The position numbers and the translations under genes are program-made. Shown here piece by piece: positions 1 through 10,733 of a stretch of 24,597 nucleotides of DNA (its first letter is position 1; each line of letters starts with the position of its first letter). The notes beneath the pieces are model-generated. The model did no database searches and had not been told where the DNA came from. It worked only from the letters and a program-made list of their open reading frames with translations. The stretch comes from Thermodesulfobacteriota bacterium (lineage in GTDB: Bacteria; Desulfobacterota; Desulfobacteria; Desulfobacterales; SURF-7), in contig JBMORA010000016.1 of NCBI GenBank assembly GCA_049320885.1, positions 1 to 24,597 on the forward strand. The letters are read 5' to 3'.

Positions 1-50
1 CCGCGGACGCGGCCGGCCCCCCAGTGCTGGCAATTACATTTGTACGGCGA

Positions 51-2060
51 TTACATCAAGAAAGGAACCATCAGCAAGGCAACGACGTTCAGAATCTTGA
101 TCATGGGGTTGACCGCCGGACCGGCCGTATCCTTGTAGGGATCGCCGACAGTGTCGCCGGTGACCGCGGCTTTGTGGGCATCGCTGCCCTTGCCGCCCAG
201 ATGACCGTCTTCGATGTATTTCTTGGCGTTATCCCAGGCGGCGCCACCGGTGGTCATGGAAATGGCCACGAAAAGACCGGTAACGATGCTGCCGATCAAC
301 AGACCGCCCAGAGCCACCTTGCCGAGGAGCAAACCGATAACCAGGGGGGCGACAACCGGCAGAATGGCCGGAACGATCATTTCCTTGAGGGCGAACTTGG
401 TGACGATGTCAACACAGGCGCCGTAATCCGGTTTGCTGATACCTTCCATGATGCCCGGAATTTCACGGAACTGACGGCGGACTTCATCCACAACGGCCCC
501 GCCGGCGTTTCCAACCGCCCGCATGGCAATGGAGGCGAACAAATAGGGCAACAGTCCGCCGATGAACAGACCGATGATGACATCCACGTCGGATAGATCG
601 AAACGGATGGTCTGACCTTTTGCACCGTGCAAGTTGAATTCCAGAACGTAGCAGGCGAACAGAACCAGAGCGGCCAGACCGGCGGAGCCGATGGCATAAC
701 CCTTGGTGACGGCCTTGGTGGTGTTGCCGACCGCATCCAGGGGATCGGTGACGGCGCGGACGCTTTCATCCATATTGGCCATCTCGGCGATACCGCCGGC
801 ATTGTCGGTGATGGGGCCATAGGCGTCGATGGCGATGACCATACCGGTCATGGACAACATGGAAATCGCGGCCATGGCGATTCCGTACAGACCGGCAAAA
901 TGGAAAGCCAGGTAGATGGAAATACAGATGGCGATAACCGGAGCTGCGGTGGCCTGCATGCTGACGGCCAGACCGGCGATGATGTTGGTGCCGTGACCCG
1001 TGGTAGACGCTTCGGCAATGTCCTTGACCGGTTTGTATTTACCGGTGTAGTACTCGGTGATGATGACGATGACCACCGTCAGGACCAGGCCGATCAGGGT
1101 GCAGTAATAAATGTTCATGGTTCCGGAAGGAATTTCCGCCATGAATTTTACGGTGGCATAGTAGAACGCCACGCCGGCGATGATGGCTGCGCCGAACATG
1201 CCTTTGTACAGAGCGCCCATGATGTATTCGCTGCGGCCCAAGCGGACGAAGAAAGTGGCGATCATGGAAGCGACGATGGAAATGGCGCCGAGCACCAGCG
1301 GGAACAGGGTGGCCATTTCATATTTCGGGAACAGCAAATGACCGATCAGCATGGCGGCAACCATGGTGACCGCATAGGTTTCGAACAGGTCGGCAGCCAT
1401 ACCGGCGCAGTCACCGACGTTGTCACCGACGTTGTCGGCGATGGTGGCGGGGTTGCGGGGGTCGTCTTCCGGAATGCCGGCTTCGACTTTACCGACCAGG
1501 TCGGCACCCACGTCGGCACCCTTGGTAAAGATACCGCCGCCCAAACGTGCGAAAATGGAAATCAAGCTGCCGCCGAAACCAAGGGCGACCAGGGCGATGA
1601 CATCTTTTGTGTAGGTGTAATAACCGGCAACAGCGGTCAACGCCAGGCCGGCGACGATCATACCGGTTACCGTGCCGCCCCGGAAAGCCATGGAAAGGCC
1701 TGCCGCCAGGCCGTTTTTGGCGGCTTCCGCGGTACGAACGTTGGCAATAACCGAAACGCGCATCCCGATATAACCGGCACAGAAAGAAGCAATTGCGCCA
1801 ATGGCGAATCCGATGGCTGTTTTGGAGCCGAGGGTCCAAAAAATAATGGCAAAAATGACAACACCGGCAGCGGACATGCTTTTCAGCTGACGGTTCAAAT
1901 AAGCGATCGATCCTTCCTGAATGGCGCCTGAAATCTGCTGCATCTTTTCATTCCCTGCCGGAGCGCTTTTTACAAGTCCGGCCAGCACCAGAGAAAACAG
2001 AATACCCACAACGCCTGTGAGGGTACATACCAATGGAAGGTTTCCCAAAATAAAATCCAT
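51..2060 (-). CDS. hppA: Membrane-bound H+-translocating pyrophosphatase, K+-independent type
   Basis: Multi-TM protein with mPPase motifs [44 protein letters not shown] and [19 protein letters not shown] has the Lys diagnostic of K+-independent enzymes. Start set at ATG 2060 (GGAGG 5 nt upstream); alternative ATG 2072. Confidence 0.95.
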   Translation of the reverse strand: MDFILGNLPLVCTLTGVVGILFSLVLAGLVKSAPAGNEKMQQISGAIQEGSIAYLNRQLKSMSAAGVVIFAIIFWTLGSKTAIGFAIGAIASFCAGYIGMRVSVIANVRTAEAAKNGLAAGLSMAFRGGTVTGMIVAGLALTAVAGYYTYTKDVIALVALGFGGSLISIFARLGGGIFTKGADVGADLVGKVEAGIPEDDPRNPATIADNVGDNVGDCAGMAADLFETYAVTMVAAMLIGHLLFPKYEMATLFPLVLGAISIVASMIATFFVRLGRSEYIMGALYKGMFGAAIIAGVAFYYATVKFMAEIPSGTMNIYYCTLIGLVLTVVIVIITEYYTGKYKPVKDIAEASTTGHGTNIIAGLAVSMQATAAPVIAICISIYLAFHFAGLYGIAMAAISMLSMTGMVIAIDAYGPITDNAGGIAEMANMDESVRAVTDPLDAVGNTTKAVTKGYAIGSAGLAALVLFACYVLEFNLHGAKGQTIRFDLSDVDVIIGLFIGGLLPYLFASIAMRAVGNAGGAVVDEVRRQFREIPGIMEGISKPDYGACVDIVTKFALKEMIVPAILPVVAPLVIGLLLGKVALGGLLIGSIVTGLFVAISMTTGGAAWDNAKKYIEDGHLGGKGSDAHKAAVTGDTVGDPYKDTAGPAVNPMIKILNVVALLMVPFLM

Positions 2061-2092
2061 ACGTTCCTCCATTTGATCCTGAACATCAAGTT

Positions 2093-2671
2093 CTATTGGT
2101 TAAATAGGTTCATCCCTTTTTCTACACCGTTACCAAGAATCTCTACAACCGCCGCCCCGGCCCGGCTGATGACCTGTCCGAGCAGTTCGCGCTCCGCCGC
2201 CATGAAGCGGCTCAGAACGTGATCGACCATCTGCTCCCGAGCCTCAGGTCGGCCGATGCCCATGCGCAACCGGATGAAGTCCCGGCTGCCGAAGGCATCG
2301 ATTATCGATTTAACGCCATTATGTCCCCCATGCCCTCCTTTCTTTTTTATTTTCAATTTAGTAAAAGCAAGATCAATATCATCGTGAGCGATCAGCATTT
2401 CTTCGCCCGAAATCCCAAAATAATCGGCCAGCCGACGGATCGGCGGACCGCTTCTGTTCATATACGCCATCGGTTTGGCCAGCAGGACCTCGTTGTCCGC
2501 AACCCGTCCCCTGCCGAAAGCGACATCGAATTTCTCCCGGTTGATCGCAACGGAAAAGCGGGCCGCCAAATGATCAATCAACATGAATCCCATATTATGG
2601 CGGGTCTCCGCATACGCACCACCGGGATTTCCCAACCCGACCAGCAGGCGGATACGAATCTGCGGCATCAT
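2093..2671 (-). CDS. pth: Peptidyl-tRNA hydrolase
   Basis: Motifs [48 protein letters not shown]; usual position after rplY. Confidence 0.97.
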   Translation of the reverse strand: MMPQIRIRLLVGLGNPGGAYAETRHNMGFMLIDHLAARFSVAINREKFDVAFGRGRVADNEVLLAKPMAYMNRSGPPIRRLADYFGISGEEMLIAHDDIDLAFTKLKIKKKGGHGGHNGVKSIIDAFGSRDFIRLRMGIGRPEAREQMVDHVLSRFMAAERELLGQVISRAGAAVVEILGNGVEKGMNLFNQ

Positions 2672-2709
2672 CTCTTTGCTAACCCGGCATCCTGGAATTC
2701 AATCGCCCA

Positions 2710-3348
2710 TCAGGCGCCTGCATTCCCCGCTGCAGCCTGTTCGGAATCCTCGGCGCCCTCCGATTCTTCCCCGCCTTCCTTCTCTTTCTTCGCCTGGCTC
2801 AGAACCGTCAGAATGGTGAAATTGACCTCATGGGGGATCTCAATCCCGCCCTTGGTGGGAATATCTTCCACATGAACGGAATCACCGATGTTCAGTTCGC
2901 TGATGTCGATTTCGATCATCTCCGGAATCTCGAGCGGCAGGCACAGAATCTCCAATTCGCGTCGAATGATCTGCAGCATACCGCCGAATTCGATGCCTTT
3001 GGCTTTTCCGATTGTCCGAACAGGAACCTTCACCCGGATCTTTCTGTCCATGGAGACTTCATAGAAATCGGCGTGCAGCATCCGCCGAGAAAGGGGTTCC
3101 TGCTGCAATTCCTTGATCATGGTCGTCCGCTCTGACTGACCTTCACCCAGGCTCAGCTGGATCAGCTGCTTGCCGATGGATATCTTCTTCAGCATCATCT
3201 CCAGTTCATGCCCGTCGACGGAAAGGAGGGTCGGTTCGCTGCCCGGTCCGTACAGAACCGCCGGTATGCGGCCATTTCGCCGAAGTTCCCTCGAGGCGCC
3301 CTTGCCTGCCTTGGCTCTTGTAAAAGCTCGTAATTTTTGTACCTCCAA
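2710..3348 (-). CDS. rplY: 50S ribosomal protein L25 / general stress protein Ctc (long form)
   Basis: GKGASRELRRNGRIPAVLYG, HADFY, GIEFGGMLQ, LNIGDSVHV and an acidic tail. Likely start is TTG at 3348 after AAGGAGG; the ORF-track extension to 3618 overlaps prs. Confidence 0.95.
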   Translation of the reverse strand: MEVQKLRAFTRAKAGKGASRELRRNGRIPAVLYGPGSEPTLLSVDGHELEMMLKKISIGKQLIQLSLGEGQSERTTMIKELQQEPLSRRMLHADFYEVSMDRKIRVKVPVRTIGKAKGIEFGGMLQIIRRELEILCLPLEIPEMIEIDISELNIGDSVHVEDIPTKGGIEIPHEVNFTILTVLSQAKKEKEGGEESEGAEDSEQAAAGNAGA

Positions 3349-3385
3349 CAGATGTTCCTCCTTGCCTATCCCCGAATTTTTCAAA

Positions 3386-4342
3386 TTATACAAACAGAGA
3401 GGTGACCGAATCTCCTCTATGACTCCGTATGATGGCCTCCCCGACCAGCTTTGCAATGGATAAAACCCTGATTTTATCGCAGGCCAGCCGCTTCTCCCCA
3501 AGGGGAATCGTATCCGTGACCACCAGCGTCTGCAATTCGGAATTATTGATTCGATCAATGGCCGGACCGGACAGAACCGCATGGGAGCAACAGGCATGCA
3601 CTTCCATGGCACCTTCATTCCTGATGGCGCTGGCCGCTTCTGTCAGCGTACCGGCCGTATCCACCATATCATCCAATATAATCGCGACCTTGTTTTTTAC
3701 ATCACCGATAACCGCCATGGCCTTGGCCTTATTCGGCGCTTCGCGTCGCTTGTCCACTATGGCCAGATCCGCCTTCATCCTTTTTGCGAAAGCCCGGGCT
3801 CGCTCCACGCCGCCCGCATCCGGCGAGATGATGACGACATTGCTGGGAAAGCGTTCCCGCAGGTGCTCCAGCAACACCGGCGCGGCGAACAAATTGTCCA
3901 CCGGGATATCAAAAAATCCCTGGATTTGTCCGGCATGCAAATCCATTGTTATCAATCGGTTGGCACCGGCGATGGTCAACAGGTTGGCCACCAGTTTCGC
4001 ACTGATGGGAACCCGCGGCGCCACTTTTTTGTCCTGCCGGGCATATCCGTAATAAGGCATGACCGCCGTAATCCGTTTCGCCGAGGAACGTTTCAAGGCA
4101 TCAATCATCAGCAGCAGTTCCACGAGATTATCGTTAACCGGTGCGCAGGTTGACTGAATCACGAAGATGTCCTTCGCCCGGACATTTTCATCGATTTCGA
4201 TCTGGATTTCACCATCGCTGAAATTCTTTAGCTTGGCGCCGCCCAGCGGCAGCCCCAGGTAAGCGCAAATCTCTTGCGCCAATAATTTATTGGAATTACC
4301 AGAAAAAATGATAAGATCGTTGTTCATTGGGGTTTTAGGCAC
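3386..4342 (-). CDS. prs: Ribose-phosphate pyrophosphokinase
   Basis: [47 protein letters not shown]. Start GTG 4342 or ATG 4327. Confidence 0.97.
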   Translation of the reverse strand: MPKTPMNNDLIIFSGNSNKLLAQEICAYLGLPLGGAKLKNFSDGEIQIEIDENVRAKDIFVIQSTCAPVNDNLVELLLMIDALKRSSAKRITAVMPYYGYARQDKKVAPRVPISAKLVANLLTIAGANRLITMDLHAGQIQGFFDIPVDNLFAAPVLLEHLRERFPSNVVIISPDAGGVERARAFAKRMKADLAIVDKRREAPNKAKAMAVIGDVKNKVAIILDDMVDTAGTLTEAASAIRNEGAMEVHACCSHAVLSGPAIDRINNSELQTLVVTDTIPLGEKRLACDKIRVLSIAKLVGEAIIRSHRGDSVTSLFV

Positions 4343-4406
4343 CCTCCTCGTTATAATCCACGGGAAACCCTGTCCATCCGGGAAATAGCCGCTGCATCAA
4401 AAGAGC

Positions 4407-4482
4407 TGGCTGGGGCGGGAGGATTCGAACCTCCGAATGCAGGAATCAAAATCCTGTGTCTTAGCCGCTTGACGACGCCCCA
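4407..4482 (-). tRNA. tRNA-Gln (anticodon UUG)
   Basis: Minus strand reads TGGGGCG...CAGGA-TTTTGAT-TCCTG...GGAGGTTCGAATCCTCC CGCCCCA GCCA: 76 nt with T-loop and encoded CCA; conserved ispE-tRNA-Gln-prs context. Confidence 0.97.
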
Positions 4483-4517
4483 ATACTGTCGCCATGTATC
4501 TTCCCTCTTATCCGGCG

Positions 4518-5378
4518 CTACTGTAACATTTCCACCACAAATGTATGCTTCCATCCACATGACGGCAAATTCCGGGATGCCTGTTCAGCCTCACGGGTAT
4601 TGCTGAAGAGCCCGAATACAGTAGGCCCGCTCCCGGACATCAGCGCTCCCCTCGCTCCAAGATCCAGGAGCGATCTCTTGATGCCGTCGATTTCAGGAAA
4701 CATGGATGCAGTAACGGTTTCCAGATCGTTGCACAAGTACTCCCGCACATCCAGGAAATCTTCCTTAAAAGGTAGGTTACTAATTTTTTTTTTGCATTTT
4801 GTCAATCTTAAATTCAGATTTTTAAAAACCAGGGCCGTGGATACGGGGAATCCTGGATTCACCAGCAGCATCGTATACGGTACCAATTTACCACAGGGTG
4901 ACAGTCGCTCACCGATGCCGGTTGCAAGGGCGGGCCGCGCCAAAATGAAAAACGGCACATCCGCCCCGATACGCGCGCCCATCGATATTAATTTGTCATT
5001 TGATAATAAATAGTTGTAATATTTATTGAGCCCCAGCAACACGGCTGCCGCATTGCTGCTGCCGCCGCCTAGTCCCGCCCCCACCGGTATCTTTTTTTCG
5101 ATGGTAATCACAACTGGCTGCTCTATACCGATTTCATGGAAAAACAGGACAGCGGCGCGATGGACCAAATTGCTGGAATCCGCGGGCACCTCTGGATGGT
5201 CGCAGATGACAAGAGTTCTGTCGGTTTCAAAATTCAGGCGGATGGTGTCGAATAGCCCGACTGGACACATCAATGTCCGCAGGTTGTGATATCCGTCCGC
5301 CCGTTTTCCGGTAACCTCCAGGAAAAAATTGACCTTGGCGGGCGACAACAGCTCAATCGTATTGATTTTATTCGGCAT
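4518..5378 (-). CDS. ispE: 4-diphosphocytidyl-2-C-methyl-D-erythritol kinase
   Basis: PAKVNFFLEV, DGYH, KKIPVGAGLGGGSSNAA, GADVPFF, NDLE, MSGSGPTVFG. First ATG at 5378, no clear RBS. Confidence 0.95.
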   Translation of the reverse strand: MPNKINTIELLSPAKVNFFLEVTGKRADGYHNLRTLMCPVGLFDTIRLNFETDRTLVICDHPEVPADSSNLVHRAAVLFFHEIGIEQPVVITIEKKIPVGAGLGGGSSNAAAVLLGLNKYYNYLLSNDKLISMGARIGADVPFFILARPALATGIGERLSPCGKLVPYTMLLVNPGFPVSTALVFKNLNLRLTKCKKKISNLPFKEDFLDVREYLCNDLETVTASMFPEIDGIKRSLLDLGARGALMSGSGPTVFGLFSNTREAEQASRNLPSCGWKHTFVVEMLQ

Positions 5379-5384
5379 AAGTAT

Positions 5385-5433
5385 AAAAAACAAAACGGAT
5401 CCCTCAAACTGCTGATTTGACGAATCCGTTTTT
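5385..5433 (-). terminator. Intrinsic terminator-like hairpin after the DUF1844-like gene
   Basis: Minus strand AAAACGGATTCGTCAAA-tcagcag-TTTGAGGGATCCGTTTT followed by GTTTTTT. Confidence 0.65.
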
Positions 5434-5451
5434 CGACGACAAGCCTTCGAT

Positions 5452-5841
5452 TCAGCAGACTTTCACATACATGATCCGGAGGTCGTGCAGAATATTTTTC
5501 AGAAGCTGCTCCTCTTCGTTGGATAGATTCCCTTTGGTCTTTTTTTCCAACATCCCCAGGATGTCGATGGTCTGCCTGGCGAGCAGCAGGTTCTTTTCCT
5601 TCTTACCGGTGGTGGGCTCCTCGACCAGGCCCAGATTTACCAAGGCGGACGAATTCAAGGAAAATACAAAGGTGGCGAAGGTAATCTCCGGCATGTGGAT
5701 ATCATGACAGACTTTTTCCCCAGGCTCCTTCCCGGATCCGCCTGGCTCTCCTGCCGGCGAAGCATCCCGTTTCGTTTTCGCATCGGCCCCGGGCGCGTCT
5801 TGGCCTTCCTGGATGGTGAATTGTTTCTCCTCGGTTGTCAT
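5452..5841 (-). CDS. DUF1844-family protein
   Basis: ITFATFVFSLNSSALVNLG...NLLLARQTIDILGMLEKKTKGNLSNEEEQLL..LHDLR is recognisable as this family; RBS GGAG upstream. Confidence 0.85.
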   Translation of the reverse strand: MTTEEKQFTIQEGQDAPGADAKTKRDASPAGEPGGSGKEPGEKVCHDIHMPEITFATFVFSLNSSALVNLGLVEEPTTGKKEKNLLLARQTIDILGMLEKKTKGNLSNEEEQLLKNILHDLRIMYVKVC

Positions 5842-5868
5842 TCTCCGCCTCCTTGTCGCAAAATATCG

Positions 5869-7449
5869 CTACAATTCCAATGGGATGACTGTTTTTACCA
5901 ACGGCAAGGCCTTCAGCTGGTCCACCACGTTTCCAGGCAACGATGTATCTGTGCTTAACAGTATGATGTTGCGTTCGCCTTCCGCTTCCTGCCCAACCTG
6001 CATCCTTCCGATATTAATACTGTTTTTTCCCAATGTCGTGCCGATGCTGCCAATGGCGCCCGGTTTGTCCATATTGTGGATCAGCACCAGATGCCCCTTG
6101 GGAATCATCTCCAGACGGAACGTATTCAGCTGAACCACCCGGGCATCGCTTTTACCGAAAATGGTGCCGGCAATCCGGTTGGACATCTCGGTAGTGATCA
6201 CCGTTACGGTGATCAAATTGGTGTAATCGACGGCTTCCGCACTGGTGGTTTCGGTTATTTTAATACCCATTTCCTGGGCGATAAGGGGTGCGTTGACGGC
6301 ATTGACATCATCCTTGACCAGCGGTGTCAACAATCCGTTAATCAATGCAGTGGTCACGGGTGACAAATCCATGCCTTGAAAATCGCCGGCATATTCCACC
6401 GCCACTTCCTTGATCGGACCGCAAATCAGCTGCGCCTGCAGGCATCCGATCCGATCGGCCAAGGACAAATAGGGCCCCAATTTTTTCAGAAGCTCGCCGG
6501 TTACGGAGGGCACATTAACCGCATTGATCACTGTATTGTGCTTGAGAAAAGCGATGATCTGTTCGGCCACCGCTACCGCCACATTGGTCTGGGCTTCAAG
6601 GGTTGAAGCGCCCAGATGAGGAGTAGCGATGACGTTGTCCAGTTCGAACAGCGGCGACTGCCCCGGCGGCTCCGTGGCGAATACATCCAGCGCCGCACCG
6701 GCCACCTTTCCGGATTTGACGGCATCATACAGGTCAGCCTCTTCCACAATGCCGCCTCTGGCGCAGTTGATGATCATGACCCCCGTTTTCATCTGCTTGA
6801 ACGCATTTTTGTTCAACAATCCCAATGTGCTTTTCAGTTTCGGGACATGCACGGTGATATAGTCGGCCTGCTGATAAATGGTTTCCAGGCTGGCGTATTC
6901 ATATCCCGCTTTTTCGATTCTCTCGGCCGTCACATTCGGATCGTAAACGAGAACACGCATTTTAAGACCGCGGGCCCTGTCGGCCACAATCGATCCAATG
7001 TTTCCGAAACCCAGAACGCCCAATACCTTATTGTACACTTCCCTGCCCTGCAGCCTTTTCTTGTCCCAAATTCCGGCCTTGAGCGAGGCGGTTCCCTGGG
7101 GGATATTGCGGGTCAAGGCCATCATCATGGCAATGGCATGTTCGGCGGTGGTGACCACATTTCCACCCGGCGTGTTCATGACGGCGATGCCCCTCTTGGT
7201 GGCGGCCGGAATATCCACGTTGTCCAGTCCGATGCCGGCCCTGCCGACTACCTTTAATTTTTTGGCCGCCTTCAGCAGTTCTTCCGTAACCTTCGTGGCG
7301 CTGCGGATCGCCAGGGCATCGTATTCACCGATGATCGCCTTCAGTTCATCGGCGGACAGACCGGTTTTCACATCGACTTCGATTCCTTCTTCGTTCCGAA
7401 AAATTTGGATGCCGACTTCGCCTAAATTATCGCTCACCAATACCTTCAT
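5869..7449 (-). CDS. serA: D-3-phosphoglycerate dehydrogenase, type I (with ASB and ACT domains)
   Basis: IRSATKVT, GRAGIGLDNVD, GFGNIG, NCARGG, ALDVF..EP, TPHLGAST; C-terminal ACT (DKPGAIGSIG..LG..SINIGRMQ). Confidence 0.96.
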   Translation of the reverse strand: MKVLVSDNLGEVGIQIFRNEEGIEVDVKTGLSADELKAIIGEYDALAIRSATKVTEELLKAAKKLKVVGRAGIGLDNVDIPAATKRGIAVMNTPGGNVVTTAEHAIAMMMALTRNIPQGTASLKAGIWDKKRLQGREVYNKVLGVLGFGNIGSIVADRARGLKMRVLVYDPNVTAERIEKAGYEYASLETIYQQADYITVHVPKLKSTLGLLNKNAFKQMKTGVMIINCARGGIVEEADLYDAVKSGKVAGAALDVFATEPPGQSPLFELDNVIATPHLGASTLEAQTNVAVAVAEQIIAFLKHNTVINAVNVPSVTGELLKKLGPYLSLADRIGCLQAQLICGPIKEVAVEYAGDFQGMDLSPVTTALINGLLTPLVKDDVNAVNAPLIAQEMGIKITETTSAEAVDYTNLITVTVITTEMSNRIAGTIFGKSDARVVQLNTFRLEMIPKGHLVLIHNMDKPGAIGSIGTTLGKNSINIGRMQVGQEAEGERNIILLSTDTSLPGNVVDQLKALPLVKTVIPLEL

Positions 7450-7698
7450 GTTCCCCCCAGATATGAGACCCTCGTTTTCTTCAGATTCCCGCCTAACATT
7501 CAGTAATTATTATAAATAAAAACATCTCGGCAGGGTTGGCGCTCTTGTTCTGGCACTATATAGTAAAACTGGTGGGAATACACAAGCGAAAATCCGAAAA
7601 GGAGATCACCCGGCTGGAAAACGGCCCACTGACAAAGGATGCCCCCCCCTCTTTCCCCCGTTCGCGCCCGTGGGCATGCGGAAGGTTTGAAGCGGCTT

Positions 7699-9186
7699 CT
7701 ATTTCCTGGGAAGAATGACGGTAAAGGCCGTGCCCTTGCCGGACTCACTCTCCACATCAATATAGCCTCCCATGGAGTCGACAATTCCTTTCACAATGGG
7801 CAGGCCGAGTCCGGTACCGGTCACATAACGCGTCTTTTCGTTTTTGACCCTGTAAAATCGTTCAAATATTTTGTCGACATACTTGGCCGGAATACCAATG
7901 CCGTTGTCTTTTACGATCACCCGGAAATTCATACCGGCCATATCCACCAGAACTTGGATTTTTCCCCCTTCCTGGGTATAATTGATGGCATTGGTGATCA
8001 GATTGCCGAAAACGCTTTCCAGCGCCAAGGGATCCGCCATCATGGCCGGCAACGGTTCTTTCGGTGCTTCCAGGGTGAGGGTCTGGCCTTTGGCCTTGGC
8101 CTTTACTCCCAAAAAGTCCACCACATTTCTCAGCAACACCTCCAGTTGAATGGGCGTCGACTCCTTGGCGGCGATCCCGGCCTCAATCCGTGACAGATCC
8201 AGCAGGTCGCCAATGGTCGATATCAAGCCCTGGGTCTTTTCCTTGGCCCGGGACAGAATATTCACGTCATCCTGGGAGGAACCGCCGACCATGTCGCTCA
8301 GGACCAGGGCCAGTTGTTCATGAATCGTGGAAAGCGGTGATCTCAGTTCATGGGAAACCTTGGCCACGAATTCCGATTTCATTTTATCCAGGGCCTTCAT
8401 GGCGGAAATATCCACTATATTTACCACAGCCCCCAGGCATTCACGCCGTTCACCCAAAACCGGACGCCCTCTGGCCAACAAAAATTTGTCTCCAGGCAGC
8501 TCCAGTTCATAAGTCGGGATATCGTCGAAATCAATATGCTTACCCTGGGATATCTCTTTGATCATCTTGCATAGCCCCGGATCCGACAGATAGGTGTCAA
8601 TCATTTTTCCCGGCCCCAGGGATTTGGGCAGTCCCAACAGTTCGTATAAGGCCTGATTGATCAAAACGACATGGCCCGTGGCGTCCGTTACGATGACCCC
8701 GTTGGGCAGATATTCGATGATTGTGTGAATGCGGCTTTTTTCCGTATGCAAATCCAGCAGGGTTCTTTTCCGCTCCTGGGCCATCCGTTCGGCCTCCCGC
8801 TGCAATTGCAGTTTCTCCCGGGCGCGGTTGACGACTATCCGTAACTGGTCCGGCTCATAGGGCTTGGGAATGAAATCATAGGCGCCGCGTTTCATGGCCT
8901 CGATCGCGGTTTCAACAGTGGCATAACCGGTGATGACGATCACCAGGATACCGCGCTCCATCTCGACAATGCGCTTCAAAACCTCCATTCCATCGATGCC
9001 CGGCATTTTCATGTCCAACAGAACGATGGCGACCGGTTCTTTTTGCAGGATCTCCAGGCCTTCTTCGCCTCGAGTGGCCTTCAGTACCTGACAATCCATT
9101 TTTGACAGGATTCTTTCCGCTCCATCCCGTAATACTTTTTCATCATCAACGACCAGCACGACGGTCCGATCCAGATTAAGCTCCAC
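7699..9186 (-). CDS. Hybrid sensor kinase: REC-PAS-HisKA-HATPase
   Basis: REC (VVDD, LLDMKMPG, ITGY, PKP), PAS (NGVIVTDATG), H-box SHELRSPL, N-box NLITNAINY, G1 DNGIGI, G2 GTGLGL. GTG start overlaps the upstream gene. Confidence 0.93.
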   Translation of the reverse strand: MELNLDRTVVLVVDDEKVLRDGAERILSKMDCQVLKATRGEEGLEILQKEPVAIVLLDMKMPGIDGMEVLKRIVEMERGILVIVITGYATVETAIEAMKRGAYDFIPKPYEPDQLRIVVNRAREKLQLQREAERMAQERKRTLLDLHTEKSRIHTIIEYLPNGVIVTDATGHVVLINQALYELLGLPKSLGPGKMIDTYLSDPGLCKMIKEISQGKHIDFDDIPTYELELPGDKFLLARGRPVLGERRECLGAVVNIVDISAMKALDKMKSEFVAKVSHELRSPLSTIHEQLALVLSDMVGGSSQDDVNILSRAKEKTQGLISTIGDLLDLSRIEAGIAAKESTPIQLEVLLRNVVDFLGVKAKAKGQTLTLEAPKEPLPAMMADPLALESVFGNLITNAINYTQEGGKIQVLVDMAGMNFRVIVKDNGIGIPAKYVDKIFERFYRVKNEKTRYVTGTGLGLPIVKGIVDSMGGYIDVESESGKGTAFTVILPRK

Positions 9187-10663
9187 ACCCTTCTCCTTCT
9201 TTTTCTTTCCGTTTCAGGGGGAGTTCGATCGAAAATGTCGCCCCTTCCCCCGGTCGGCTCTCAACAGAAATCTTGCCGCCGTGATCCTCGACAATACCAT
9301 ATACCATGCTCAGCCCCAGTCCGGTTCCCTTGCCCTCTTCCTTGGTGGTGAAGAACGGCTCGAAAATATGCTGCATCACATCCTCGGGGATGCCCGGTCC
9401 CGTATCGGTGATTTCAAGCAACACCCGTTCCCTGTCCGTCGTCAAACCGGTCTTCAGGAAAAGTCGGCCCTTGCCTTCCATGGCCTGGGCCGCATTCAGG
9501 ATGATGTTCATGAACACATGGTTCATTTGTTGAATGTCCACGGGTATTTCCGGTAGGGTTTCATCGAATTTTCTTATAATTTCTATATTTTGAAACAAAC
9601 TCTGATTTTCCAGCAAAAACAGGGTCCGGGAAATTGCCTTATTGATGTCCTGGTTTCTCATCAGGTGACTTGTCTGGCGGGCAAATTCCAGCAATTCTTT
9701 CACGGTATCCCGGCAACGCTGGGCTTCATGCAGAATCCGGTCCATATCCTCCCGGGCGGATTGAGGCAAATCATATTCCTCCAGGATCAGTTTGGCGTAC
9801 AGGGTGATGCCGCCCAACGGATTGTTCAGCTGGTGGGCGACCCCGGCGCTCAATTTGCCGAGGGAGGACATTTTTTCCGCTTGAAGCAGTTGGACCTGGG
9901 TTTTTTGAAGTTGGGACTTGATCCGCATTTCCTCGCGCATATCGTGGAAAAACCCGATGGAGGCCACCTCACGCTCCCCCTCGTAAACAATCGCCGCGTT
10001 CAACCGGATGGGAATGATTTCACCGTCCTTGCGCAAGACGTCCACTTTATATGACTTCAGTTTCCCTTTGCCGCCATATTCCTCACTGCGCAGTTTGCGC
10101 ATAATGTCCCGGGCGCCTTCGCCGGGATACACATCCCGGATGTTCAGACTGCCGAGGGCCTCCACAACGGTATATCCGCTGATTTCCACAGCCGCTTCGT
10201 TGAATACGATGATTTTCCCGGTTCTGTCCGCTGCGATGACGCCATCCACGGAGCTGAGGATCAGGTTGCGCAGAAAGGCATTGGAACGTTGCAGTTCCTC
10301 CTCCATCTCCTCCCGGGAAGGATTTTCGAATTCCAGGATGGCGACGGTGTCCAGACGGCCATCCGCCAGAATCGGATAGGCATAACGGCAGGATATCAGC
10401 TGTTCTTCCGTAAGATCGATATGCTTGCTGCGTAAAAACGGTCTGCCGGTTCGCATGACATGAGCTGCGGGACACTCCAGACATGGCTTGGGCAACCCAT
10501 AAAACAGCTGATGGCATTTCCGGCCGATAAAATCCGGAGGTAATATCTTTTCCGTATGTTCATTGGAAGCAACAAATTCATAGTCGGATGTGACAATAAA
10601 GAATTTTCGTCTTGTGGAATCCAGGGCCTTGATGAGATATTCTTTTTCTCTTTCAGTCCGCAT
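9176..10663 (-). CDS. Cytoplasmic PAS-PAS sensor histidine kinase (NtrB-like)
   Basis: Cys-containing PAS, second PAS (DGVIAADRTG), QAEKMSSLGKLSAGVAHQLNNP, NAAQA, DTGPGI, FFTTK, GTGLGL; no TM segments. Confidence 0.92.
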   Translation of the reverse strand: MRTEREKEYLIKALDSTRRKFFIVTSDYEFVASNEHTEKILPPDFIGRKCHQLFYGLPKPCLECPAAHVMRTGRPFLRSKHIDLTEEQLISCRYAYPILADGRLDTVAILEFENPSREEMEEELQRSNAFLRNLILSSVDGVIAADRTGKIIVFNEAAVEISGYTVVEALGSLNIRDVYPGEGARDIMRKLRSEEYGGKGKLKSYKVDVLRKDGEIIPIRLNAAIVYEGEREVASIGFFHDMREEMRIKSQLQKTQVQLLQAEKMSSLGKLSAGVAHQLNNPLGGITLYAKLILEEYDLPQSAREDMDRILHEAQRCRDTVKELLEFARQTSHLMRNQDINKAISRTLFLLENQSLFQNIEIIRKFDETLPEIPVDIQQMNHVFMNIILNAAQAMEGKGRLFLKTGLTTDRERVLLEITDTGPGIPEDVMQHIFEPFFTTKEEGKGTGLGLSMVYGIVEDHGGKISVESRPGEGATFSIELPLKRKEKEGEGCGA

Positions 10664-10733
10664 CTTCCCGTATCGCTCCGTGGAAAGGATGGAAACCAGG
10701 TCGCGGCCCGACGGGCGCTCTCCTTATCACCGC

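Noticed and set aside
24..1931. Long plus-strand ORFs (24..596, 627..1931) and similar antisense ORFs over serA, hdrL and the NtrC gene
   Set aside because: Shadow frames of well-supported opposite-strand genes in GC-rich DNA; no recognisable motifs.
4351..4482. tRNA-Gln as an integration site
   Set aside because: Native ispE-tRNA-prs order is intact; no duplicated tRNA 3' end or integrase seen.
5452..5457. Cys-UGA ending of the DUF1844-like gene as a CU motif
   Set aside because: The stop falls where the domain is expected to end and a terminator-like hairpin follows; no convincing SECIS.
7450..7698. Riboswitch (glycine, THF, ZTP) upstream of serA
   Set aside because: No consensus aptamer motifs recognised by eye; an Infernal/Rfam scan would settle it.
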